From Podarcis liolepis (Eukaryota), in assembly GCA_965112155.1 (NCBI GenBank), contig OZ218103.1: a DNA stretch of 64,000 nt, one strand, 5' to 3'. Made by a program: the position numbers and the translations under genes. Position 1 is the stretch's first letter. Each line of letters opens with the position of its first letter. A model generated the notes under the pieces. That model made no database searches and was not told the DNA's origin. It saw nothing but the letters and a program-made list of their open reading frames with translations. Below are positions 40,692 to 52,047 of this stretch, one piece after another.

Positions 40692-42434
40692 GTTTACTGG
40701 ATAAAAATATCTGTATCTTGTTCCTGAGCGAGCTTGGCTTGGGATAGGTAGGATTTACTACTGCTTGCACTTGCTAAACCAGTGAGGGATATTTACTTGC
40801 TGTGTTGCACCAGTAATAAATCAGTAACGGGAGATGCGAAACAAAATATTTAATCTCCAATTTATTTTTGCAACATGCCAAGCACTTAAAACTCAAGAGG
40901 CTGAAGAAGAAGAAGGTTAAACACTGCCATCTAGCTACATGTACTGATTTTTTTTCCTTAACAAAGAAACATTTTCCCCAGCAATAACTGTTTTCTAAAA
41001 AAAAAAGTCATACTATTGAGAAATACTTGTGACTGTCAAATAATTAAGAGTGAGGAAATACTTGTTTAGGTTGTGGAATGATAATGGGGGAGGTTTTGTT
41101 TTCTGTGCTGACTCTCCATTTAGCGTATGGAAATATTCATTTGTACCTGGCCTGCGGTATGATCCTGAGGACATTTCCACGATATCTCTCCTCCTATAGC
41201 CAAAGAATATGCACCTTCACATTTAGCCTTTTATAGCAAGAGACTTGTGTTTTAATTCACAGCCTGATCAGATTCCCAATTCTCTAAGGCATATATACGC
41301 ATCCTTCTCTAAATGAGGAGCTGCATTCACAAATGGGTGTTGCATAGAAGGTTTATAGGCCTATGTAGGTGCAGAGCAGGTCAGAAAATCAGCAATAACC
41401 TGAACAGCTGGATAACATCACCAGTTATCTGGTGCAACATGTAAGTATCTGCAAGTGTGCTCATATGATGCTGGGTGGTGTTGCTAGTGTGTTTGGTGAT
41501 TTTCTTGGAAGCTATCCCCGTCCCACTTATTGGTTCATCCAGAGAAATCTGATCCTGCATGTAACTTGACATCATTTATAATTGTCAAAGGCATAATCTT
41601 CAAGGCAAGACATTGAATGAGCTGCTTGATTAAGCTGAGTACTTAAGATCAGGTTTCCAAGAGAATTTAGTATTCATTTGACTATTTGTTGACTATTCCG
41701 TCAATCCTGTTGCTTGTTCTATACATTCTATGGGACTTCCAATTAGCATGCAAAATCATCTTCATGTTGAAACAGTGAGTGATGCCACCTCAGTAACATA
41801 TCACTTCTCTCCATGTGATACCAGTGCCTCTCATGGAGAGTACCCACAACCAAGCTCTCCAAGTCTATACAATTAAGTCAGGATCATACAGAGAGTGGTG
41901 TTACATGATGCATGTTATGGAAAAGACACCAAGCAGATGCTGTTTCAAGTAACCTCTGAACAATAGTCATAACATGTACACAGATCCTTTAATTATAAAT
42001 TCTGGCGTGTAAGATCGCCACCAAGACAGTTGTGAGCTGCCATTCTTCACTGAGCTGTTTCCCCCTGCTCACATTGTGTATTAGATTACATATATTTACT
42101 TTCTCTAAATTATTAAGCAGGAAGCAGTAATCAGAAGGAACTATTGATGGATTCTGGGGAGAGTTTTTTGTTTTCGTTTCTGGAAAATTGATAACATATC
42201 CATATGTCTTGCCTGTTTTCTGTTGTACTCTGCTGCAATAGCCCTTTATTTGGACACCAGAGAAATCAAGCCTGTGTCCACCAACAGCATAAAGTAATCT
42301 TAGATGAAGCTAGCAAACACAGTCAAATTACAACAAAAAGAAGAGTACAACACCCAGCAATGATGGGTCTTACCACAAAGTATGCCACAATTTTTAATGC
42401 TGTAAAAAACTTGTCACATGGATGCTTTAGTAGA

Positions 42435-42490
42435 AGTTGGACTACATGACCCTAGGGGTCCCTTCTAACTGTACAATTCTATAATTCTAT
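42435..42490 (+). mobile_element. CR1-type 3' tail fragment
   Basis: gttggactacatgaccctaggggtcccttctaactgtacaattctataattcta. Confidence 0.7.
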
Positions 42491-42898
42491 TATTTTCCTC
42501 TCCCCACTTAACAAATACTGTGGCCCATTAGATATGCTTTCATTGTTTTATCTCAGGGTTCTAGCATAAAGGCCCACCACCATGTGGCTAATCTCAAAGT
42601 CCCTTAGGACTTTCAGAAGCACTTAGGGATAGTAAAGTGTAAAATCACACATGTATGGGCACATAAAGCTTTGTGTTGATTCACAGGAAATAACTGATTT
42701 CTCATTCATTTTGTCATTGATCTACCAAGCAAGAAATGCTGGCTACAGCCCTGCTCTTGAATCACAGAGGACCTGGTACTCACAATGACGTTGTTACTGT
42801 AAGTGTCACACTTTTTAACAACCAAAAAAAGAGGGGCTGGTACTCTGTACCCTTGAGTACCCCATGGGGAAAAAAGCTGTGTGCATGTGCGCATGTGT

Positions 42899-42900
42899 AC

Positions 42901-42934
<34 letters not shown>
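42899..42934. repeat. (CA)n microsatellite
   Basis: AC run with one interruption. Confidence 0.9.
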
Positions 42935-42937
<3 letters not shown>

Positions 42938-43006
42938 TTTCTCATGAAAATTGAAAGGGTGGAGGGAGGAACTGTCAACCATAAGAGTTCAGGGGTGCCT
43001 TGAAAA

Positions 43007-43175
43007 TAAGGTGGCCAAGTGCAAAAAAGGAGAGGGTTCCTGCACCTGTAATAGTTGTTTGGAAGAGGTAATTGCAGCAGGTGTTGCTTATTAATGATGC
43101 AAGCTACACCTGTTGAAAGTCCCTTCAACTCAGCTATTCTAGGTATAGGAGGGCCTCTCTTGTATCTGGCCACAT
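43007..43175. mobile_element. Palindromic hAT-like MITE
   Basis: ggtggcca...ggagagggttcctgcacct...cagcaggtgt / acacctgttg...aggtataggagggcctctc...tggccac forms an inverted structure. Confidence 0.6.
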
Positions 43176-45134
43176 TTTTGAAAATACAATTGGAACTGAG
43201 CTGGTGCAGCAACATTATTCTGCTCCCCTGTGAAAGAGGTGCCTGGTCCAAATCCTGTAGTGACAATTTAGTTAGATTTCCCCAGGGGGGAGTTTTATAA
43301 CTTTTAAAGACAGTGAACAAATACTTAGATCAGGAAACTTCCTGTGGTTGCTGAAACCCCTTTCAAAAAAACCCGGCTTCCATATTTAACTGTACAATCT
43401 AAGGCATGCCAGTTCAGAAGAAAGTCCTACTTACTCAACGGGAATTGCTGCCAGGTGAATGTGCATGGGGTTGCAATGCCTAACCTAAAGCCTCAGATTA
43501 AAGGTGAGCAAGCATTCATCTCAGTCTAGTCCTTGTGAACTATTTTTGTGGTGGTGGTATATATTTCCATGATGTCGCAAAACAAGTTCATTCCTGAGCT
43601 GCAGGTTTCAAATCTGTGTCACTGCAAACAAGTGGAAGGGAGGGCTCAGCCCATCCATTTTCATATTATTAAATGGACAGAAGGAGCTAGGGAGTTCCGC
43701 TTCAGAAAAGCAATCTTAACCAGGAACTGAGAACCTATGCACAATGTATGGTATTCCTGTTTTCCTAAAGATCCTGGGAGGTAAGCTGTTCTCTCAGCTG
43801 CAAGGATAAAGCGTAATCTTTCAAAAATGCATTACCAACTTTGTACCATAAGAGAGAGCTCCAGGGGAATCTTTCGTTTGCTGACTAGTCTGGCTTGATT
43901 TAGCAAAGCTGCATGTGAACCTTGTTTACATATGAAGGCATGAGTTCTGAGCATGTTCTCCCCCCAGAAACTATTGTATCTTGAGGTAGAAAGAATGCAC
44001 TGCCTTTCCCAGCTTGTCCTTTGAGCAGGCACTGGGAGCTGCTTCTGAGTGGCAGGAATCAATGAGCGACTTTCCCAGCAGCTGTCTGTCAACTTTAATG
44101 ACCAATCTGGTTGCAATTACAGCAATGAACTTTCTCTAACAGCCCCAAATTACTCTGGGTGATGAGAAGAGACAGAGAAATGGAGACCCTTTGGGGAGGG
44201 CAGAAAGGAAATATGCTAATCCAGGACAAAGGTGGAAGGGGGGGGGGTTGTTCACTCATCTCAAAATGAAGCTCAGATTTTTTAATATGTTTTGAGAGAG
44301 ACTGCCAATAAAAGCTCCTCATCAAGTTCCAGTGTGGCGAGCAGCAGAGAGTTAATGGATCAGAACATTGCTTTATTGGGGGATACTGTCCAATTTTCAG
44401 AATGTAGAAATGACTTCATTTAGAAAATAAACTTACAGCCTCACAGCAGTCCAGCATAATGATGGGTAAATTCTCCCAGACTGATTTGGATTGGAGGCAG
44501 TGATTTACAATTGAAAGTGCACCAAAAAGTTCTCTTTCTTTATTTTGCTACGATTTGTAATTGTTAAACCCTTCAACACCCACTCACCCCGGCCTACTGC
44601 AGTGGCAACTGCCCCCCTCTGCCAGTGTAACAAGGAGAAGGGCTGGTGGGTGCCCAGAACCTCCAGCATTGTTGCAATGTGCTTGGGGGGACAGTAGTGA
44701 AGTGATGAATTCTAAAGCACTCTTTAGCCACAGCCCTTTTAACACTCAACAAAAATAAATGTTTTTTTGACTAATGGATTCACCATGTCTTATAAACACC
44801 AAGCTAGCCTTTTCCTCACTCCTCTTTCTTAGCAGTCAGCCTGAAGAAGCACTCCGGTGGATTTTGGAATTTTTCAAAATGAAAATTGTAGCTTAACCCC
44901 TAGCTAAGTATGCTATGCAGTTTCCCTCTTCTGTAGCTTAGCTTATTTGGTGTGATTCTCTCTGAGAAAAGCTTGTTGATTTGACATGCAGGTGACTGGC
45001 AAATAGCACCCCGGAGATGCTATCATTGTTGCTGCTATGGAATAAGTGGCAGTGTGTTAGCCCTTGCACATCCCTGCTCCAACACCCCACCACTGGAGAA
45101 TGAGAGGAGATCTACCTGCTATAACAGAAGGGTG

Positions 45135-45961
45135 GGAGACCTGATATTCCTTTCCTTCCATAACTGCCAGACTGGGTAGGTCAGCCTGTACCAAATTGCC
45201 ACCACGCCCATTGTGCTTCCTCTAACCCTGGATGGGAGTGCTTCCCAAAGATCCGAGACAATATCCGCCCTCCCTTCCCCACAGGTGGGCGGGGTTTGCG
45301 GCACCGAGCGGGGCTCACCTGGGTGGGTGCCACCCACCTGCTTGGGCCAGCCTTTGACCCGTCCTCAGCCAGAGAGGACAATGGACGGCCAGCCGGGGGT
45401 GGGCCCAAGGCCAAAAGAAAAGAGGCTTTCTCAGTTGCCCAAGCCTCTTTTGCTGTTCTTCCTTCCAGGATCAGGATCATCAGGAGCGTGTCAAGGCAGC
45501 CGGACTGAGGTAAGTAACCAGCCTCTTCACGTTTTGCCGGGGGGGGGGGGGCTTGGCCCCTCCACCAGGCTAGGCTGCATTTTTGCGGCCTTCTTTCTTT
45601 CACTAGGCCGTAGTGGCCTTTTCAGCTTTTGCTGGCTAGGCCGCAGGAGCGGCCTGCTAGGCCCCCAGCTAGGCCGCAGGGGCGGCCTGCTTGTTTTTGC
45701 AGCCGGGGGGGCATGGCTCCCCTGTCTCTGCCAGCCGCCGGTCTGGGGCGCTGCCAGCCCGAGCGGGTGGCACAACCCCTGACTAGGCCGCAAGGGCGGC
45801 CTGCTGGGCCCCTGGCTAGGTCGCAGGGGCAGCCTGCTTGTTTTTGCAGCGGCAGATACAAGGGGAATACAAGGGGAAATACAAGGGGAATCAAGATGGC
45901 ATCCAGCGTAATGTGTCCCTCCCCAGAGATCAAAGTAGCTTGCTTTTCTCTGTCAAGCGCC
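45135..45961 (-). mobile_element. GC/CpG-rich island, tentatively the 5' region (UTR/ORF1-like) of a LINE, possibly L2 clade
   Basis: Abrupt GC/CpG rise, internal tandem and palindromic repeats, and a YY1-like caagatggc at 45892-45900. The left end on the - strand resembles (from recall) sequence preceding the endonuclease of squamate L2 elements. No RT or endonuclease motif is visible. Confidence 0.45.
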
Positions 45962-48900
45962 ACTCATACATATGTACCATGAAACAATTGCCTAAGTATA
46001 TGAGAGACTGGAATAAGTATATTAAGAATTTAAAAACAAAACAGGAGGACAAAGGTTAAAACAGAATGGTACATGAAAAAGAAACAATGTGTTTCATTTT
46101 AAGTTCATACTGAATATTCTGTTACAGCTTCTTACAAACAAGCTTCTGGTCTCCTTACAAGGAGCCGTGTTTAAAGTCATTTAAGGGACAAAGGACTGTA
46201 TGGAAACAGTCAATTTTTAAGAGTGTGTTGACCCAGATGGATCTTGACTGACAGCTGGCATTGTCCTGCCAATCACAAGGCAGTCAGTAGCCAGGAGAAT
46301 GCTCAGCGTAGAAAAGTGGCAATAGGCTGGAGATGGGCTACAAACAGAGGCAGATTTAGGGGAGCATGATTGGTTTGGTTGTACTGGGTGACAAGCCTCA
46401 GGGGTACCACAGAGAATGTCACAACTATGATTTAGAATGGAGCACAAGAAGTTGGGGAGAGGTGAATTTTGGAATCACACAAGGTGTTGCTGAAATTTGA
46501 GACCCCAAGGTCTGCCACTTCTCTGGAGGCACAAAATAGCAGGCTTTCCTGAGCACTTGGTGGTTTCTCCTCCATTGATAGAGAATTAATGACTGGGGAG
46601 ACTGAGCAACCTTAAATGGGTTGGGGAGAGCAGAACTGCACCACACCTGCTAGAGTCATTGAAGCAAGCTGCACAACTGAGCAATTCATAAGGTGGAGAG
46701 GGAGGGATGGGCTTAAAATCCAAAGTGGAGAAAATTTAGGAACCACAATATTGAACACAAGCATTATTAGTCACAAAGGTTCATTCAAATGATGTGAAGA
46801 AGGAACCTAGGTGAATTACCACCTTGTACTGTATGAAGAAGGAACATGATTCACATTAAGCATGTCTGGAAGGTTTGTCAATCTCTAATTTGCAACCACA
46901 CCATGTTTTCAGGAACCAGAAGCCTTTGCATTTAAACACCAGCATTTTTGGCAAGTTCTGGGTTCTGTTATTGCCAAGGGGAACAATCGTACAGAGAATG
47001 CTCATGTGATACTTAATGTATCTTTTAGTCTTCCATTCATTACTTCTGAATGTTGTTAATGGTGAACTGTGGAAAGCTGAATATATATTTTTATCAAGGT
47101 AGTCTTTTCATTCTTCTTATGAACATATACCGTTCTTAGTACCTCTTTAGTGCGGCCGTTCCAATGACATTTCAGATGCGGAACAAAAAGTCATCTGGTG
47201 ATGACAAATTAATTTTCTGAGAACTTTGTCAGATTTTACATTCACACAGGATGCTTTTGGCCTGCCTCAGCAAACACCACAGCAGGTGTGTACAATATAT
47301 TGTTTCACAAGGGGTATACTCTGTGCTGCTCACTGTACCGCAGCCAAAACAAATCAGGATATGAAGTGTCTTTCTCAACGAGCCAAATAAGTGATGAGAA
47401 GGGAACAGAACAGAAGCTCCTGCAATTCAGTGCTCTGGAGAAACTAAGATATGGCTGTGAGTTTCAGGGGCATCTCAGTAGTACAGGCAATCAGATACCA
47501 GAAGATGAAGAATTCCTTCTCCAAATCCTTCCTCAGGGAGGCCATTGTCTCTTTTGGCCTTGTGGGTTACAAAAGAAATTTTAATGGGAATAAGGAGGAT
47601 TCCGTGGTGGCAGGGTCATTTGTATTCCATGCCACCTTGGCCGGATATAACTATACTTAATTAAAATTACATTTTGTCTAGTGTGCACTTCACAGGGCTT
47701 TATCTGCACTGACAAGGTCAAATGATGCTTAGGAAAGTTAATATAAAATGCAGATAGTGTGCTCTTCTCAAAGCCCTCACCCTATCAACCTCTCCTGTCG
47801 AACATGGCGAGCCCAGGACCTGCATCCAGAAGAGCTTCTGAAGGAACTTCAAAATGCAACCTGTGGAAACTAGCCCTTTCCTCATATTTAAGGAGCATGT
47901 TTAATCCTGCCTGAACAGGATCACGATGCTTGCTTTAATGTTGCACAGTTATCATGTAGTTATAAAGACAAGCTCACACAAGAACTCTGAGGAATCCAGC
48001 ATTTAGAAAAGATGGTTTTAATTGTCAGCTTTGCTTTTCCTTTCCCATTTTCTTCCTTCACTTTCTTTCTTATGAACCACCTAGATGAAAATCTAGGTGA
48101 GGATGGCATTTCAGAATTTGATTTTGTAAACCTTTCATGAGAAACAGCCATCCAATGGACAACTCCTTTGATTGCTGCCCTAACCCCTCTGCAAGCTCCC
48201 TCATCCCCAGGGCTGTCTGTCTCCCTCCTGGATTTTGTTTAGGTAAAGAAAGCACAGACTAACTGCCACCAATTAATATGTAGCAGACCCACCACACAGT
48301 ACGCCAGTTAAACAAATTTCTACAATTTACCACAGGCTATCTTGGGGGGGGGTGTTCTTGTGCAAGGGAAACTTTGATTCAGGGAGTCTCCAGCAGGAGC
48401 TGAACAAACAAGAAAAGTTTTATTTACCAAAGGGGTTCATGAAACAAAGTTGGGTCAGAAGATGCGTTTTTTCAGGTAGAACTTATTATTTTAAATATAA
48501 AGTTGTCACATGCTTAAACACAATAGTATATGCTCAGCTTTTCATAAACTTCCCTTGCTAAAAATGAGTTGTTACACTTCAATAAGATGTTCAGGTTTCT
48601 CAAATAGGTGGTAAAATGCTCAGCTCAGTTTCTGTTACTTCACTTTCATTGCTTTACTTAGTTCAACTCAAATCAGAACCAATTCTTCCTCGGACAAACC
48701 CTATCCTAATGATTATCTCCAATCTCAAATCAAGCCCTATCTCTCAAACTAAACCCTATTTCACTGCAGCTCTTTCCCTTCTCTATTCCCCTCTCCAAAC
48801 TCCCTCAGAAATTGCTCGTTTTATTCTCCCTCCCAAAGTGCTGCTCCACACACACACCCTTCTAGCTAGCTGTATTGGTGGCTTATCAGAGAGAGGCTCC

Positions 48901-50857
48901 AGCACTCTGGTGGGATTCTGAGGGACTGCATCAACAGACTCTGGTCTGGCTCTGCTGTTCATCACAACTGGAAAATCCACAATGCTGCTATGCTTGCCAC
49001 ATCACACTTCCCAAAGGCCTATTCTGGCAATCAGAAACCAAAATTTCTCCCCACCTCCTCTCTTCTCCTTGCAAATCAGAAAGAGAATATGACAACTGTA
49101 ATGATCTCGCAGAAGAGGGAAAGAAAGCCCATACAGGGCAAATGGCAGCATTCTCTGGAGAGGAAGGTTCTGGAAATCTTCTCCACCACTTCTCACAAGC
49201 TCTGTCAACCATTATCAATCTTAGGCTACAGTGAAAGTGGTTGTAAGGTTTGTAATCTACATCTAACTATTTTTCTCTCCTATGTCTTTGAGCTCTTTCA
49301 AAAATATAGGTTCTTGCATGCCTGGTAAAATATGAGTGTTTATAAGCATTAAAATGTCTGGCTGGCCATTTGGGTACAGTGTTGACATGACAGCTCCACT
49401 AAAAATCAATTGTTTGTTTTGGTGCAATGATCAGTGTTGTGCATGGTGAGTACTGAGACCAAGACTCAGGATATCCTGGAACTGCCATCAGAAAGCCAGG
49501 AGCAGGGATGCTCAAATTAATTATTCTCCCTTTTACTTTGTGTTATCATAGAATTGTAGGATGTAGTGAAGAAAGCTCATGCCACAAAAACATGTTCTTC
49601 TTTAAGATGACGCACAACTCTGCTGTTTTCTCTACATTCAGTTTCACATGGCTACTCTTCTGGAATTTTCCCATAGGTATCTCCATTCTTCATTGCCAGT
49701 CTCGGCTTTTGTTTAGCCTTTTCTCTGTCCTTTTAAGCTGCATCGTATCAGGAACATTTCTCAGTTTCTTCCTGCCTGCCTTTCAAGATAAGCTAATAGA
49801 TGTGGCATTTTTAATCATCAAACATAATCACTACATTAATTTTGACCTGCAGTTGTTGAAATCCCAACATCTTTCCATCTCTACAACGCTTTGCTGGAGG
49901 GTGTCACGTAATTGGTTTTAATCACAGATGGTTGTTTTAAATTGACAATAATAAACCCCCAAAACCCAGTGCCTTTTATTCCAATAAGTATTCCTTTGAG
50001 TTAACATGTATAGATGGATCATTTGAAATTTAAATTTACCAGTGGCATTTCTAGTGGCAGGCAGATCAATGTAGTCCATAGTACTCTGTACCACATAGAT
50101 CTTCAGAGCTTTCTTTCTTCTGCTTGGAGAAAGACTCACAAGTTGAATATTTTATTCTCCTAATAATGAGTTTAGCTTTTGGGCCAGCATATAAGCCCCT
50201 CCTGAGGCCTAATGAGTGAACTCCCCAACCCAACCCAAAATGGCTTATTTATGGAATCTGATTATTTGCATTCCCTTGTGGGAAATTCCAGACTCATTCA
50301 GCAGCTAGGATGCACCGAGGACATCATTAGCAAGAGAGTAAGGTGATGGGAATGTGCTTTTGCTTATCCCACAGTGGTTCTAAAAGGAAAAAAACCAGCT
50401 CTATTGTCTTCATCTGAGTGCAGTATTCCACTAATTATGCACATCTTGCCAGTGGTGTACTAGGACCCAATGGTGAATTTAAGTATCAAAAAGGTCAGCA
50501 AAAAATTGCTGCTCCCCATTTCCAAATTGGGCCTTTATGACTTCCCATTTCCCACTGGAGGGTGGGCCATTTGGAGCATTAAGCATTTCTGGCATGCTGA
50601 CTTTCCCATGTGTTGACCTTTAATTCTGCCCTTGTAGGATGCTCCTACTGATAGAGGCTCCACTTCTCATCACCCTGATGAAATTCTAATTGCCTGTAAC
50701 TAATTTAAAAGAATTTGCAGTTGTATAATCTTTAGCAATCTCTGTAATCACACACATAATTTTAGGGAAATTCAGATCACATATCTCATAGGCAGCAACT
50801 CTCATATAATGCATAGAGAAAGATGGCTTTGAATATGGGAGACTTAAATTTAAGTCA

Positions 50858-51010
50858 GGACCACATCTCAGAAGCAGAGCAGATACTTTGCCTGCAGAAC
50901 TCCCTGGTTCAATCTCTAGTTAAGATCAGGTGGCCGAAAAGTTTTTTGCCTGAGATCTGCCTCAGTCGGAATAGACAATATTGGTCAACATGAACAAATA
51001 GTGTGACTTT
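50858..51010 (+). mobile_element. Degraded Squam3-like SINE
   Basis: gcagagcagatactttgcctgcagaactccctggttcaatc...tgcctgaga...tagacaatattg...gtgtgact parallels the 22432 copy. Confidence 0.55.
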
Positions 51011-51247
51011 GTGTGTGGCATGCTAATAAGTAAGGTGCTAATGCAAGTAAGGTGATCAGGCATTCTCTCCCTGAAAAGTCAAATCAGAGTCCAGTTACCA
51101 GCACCAACCCAGAATACTTCAGCTTATATTGGACCTACTCTTGCTAGATAAGGACTACCACAATGAATCTCACTAAATGTCCTGTTCTGGTCCCATAGAG
51201 GAGCACATGGAGAGAGGCAAGTGTTGCAGCACCAATAGAGAGCTGCT

Positions 51248-51402
51248 AATAATAATTTAATAATAATTTATTTGTACCCCACCCCTCTGACTGGGTTGCC
51301 CCAGCCACTCTGGGCAGCTTCCAGCATTTATAAAAACATAATAAAACATTAAACCTTAAAAAGCTTCCCTATACAGGGCTGCCTTCAAATGTTTCCTAAA
51401 TG
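51248..51402 (-). mobile_element. LINE (L2-like) 3' terminal fragment with (TAA)n tail
   Basis: aataataatttatttgtaccccacc...ctgggttgccccagccactctgggcagct...cagggctgccttca; a shorter related copy lies at ~61850-61920. Confidence 0.7.
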
Positions 51403-51939
51403 TTATATGAAGTAATAATTTATTATTTGAGCCACTTGCTCCAACAAGAGATAAAAGTGAACTGAGGCCTTTTGAGCCTCTGCCTCCAGTCAACCTCTTA
51501 TGCTGCACCCTCTTTGTTGGACAGTCCTTAAAGGGTCAGCCCTCTGGCTTGAAGGTGGTGACTTTTCCCATGCTTCAGGGCCTCCCACTATGCCATTGGA
51601 CTGGCATAGTAGTATGGTAGGCCAGAGTAAAGTGCCCTTGAGAGTCCCTGGTGTGGTTCTGTGGGTTGTCACATCTGATTCAGTGGGCTCCTACTAGCCA
51701 GCCTCAGGTTCAGATGACCCCTGACCACCATCTGAAGAGGCAGTGTGGCCCAGCTCATCAGATAGTGGCACTCTGATTCTGTGTCCTGATCATTGCCAAA
51801 CTCCATGATCATAGCACTCATTAAACTCAGCTCCTACACTTTGAGTAGATTCTCAGTCAGGTCTATTCTTCATCAGTTTAAGGTTATGATCTTAAGTCAA
51901 ATCAATTTCACTGAAATCAGCAAATAATAAATAGCAGAG

Positions 51940-52047
51940 GCTTGACAACCATATGTCAGGAGTGCTCTGATGGTGTTTCCTGCTTGGCAGGGGGTTGGAC
52001 TCGATGGCCCTTGTGGTCTCTACCAACTCTATGATTCTATGATTCTA
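51940..52047 (+). mobile_element. CR1 3' end
   Basis: ggcagggggttggactcgatggcccttgtggtctctaccaactctatgattctatgattcta, with (ATTCTATG)n terminal repeats. Confidence 0.85.

Larger units (their letters stand above)
31361..40710 (+). other. PLXNA2: Probable long (~9.3 kb) 3'UTR of PLXNA2
   Basis: Follows the stop codon. It ends in an AU-rich block with TGTA elements (~40614, 40623, ~40667), AATAAA at 40686 and a U/GU-rich stretch downstream. The end point is inferred; more proximal AATAAA hexamers exist. Confidence 0.65.

Noticed and set aside
42706-43320. 204-aa ORF, the longest in the window
   Set aside because: It runs through a (CA)n repeat and MITE remnants, with no domain or splice support.
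45605-45835. CRISPR-like array of palindromic repeats
   Set aside because: Vertebrate context, irregular spacing, spacers that are themselves repeated, and no cas genes.
45119-46059. Protein-coding gene from the overlapping 70-189 aa ORFs
   Set aside because: The ORFs appear in several frames on both strands because of high GC and tandem repeats; no domain is recognisable.
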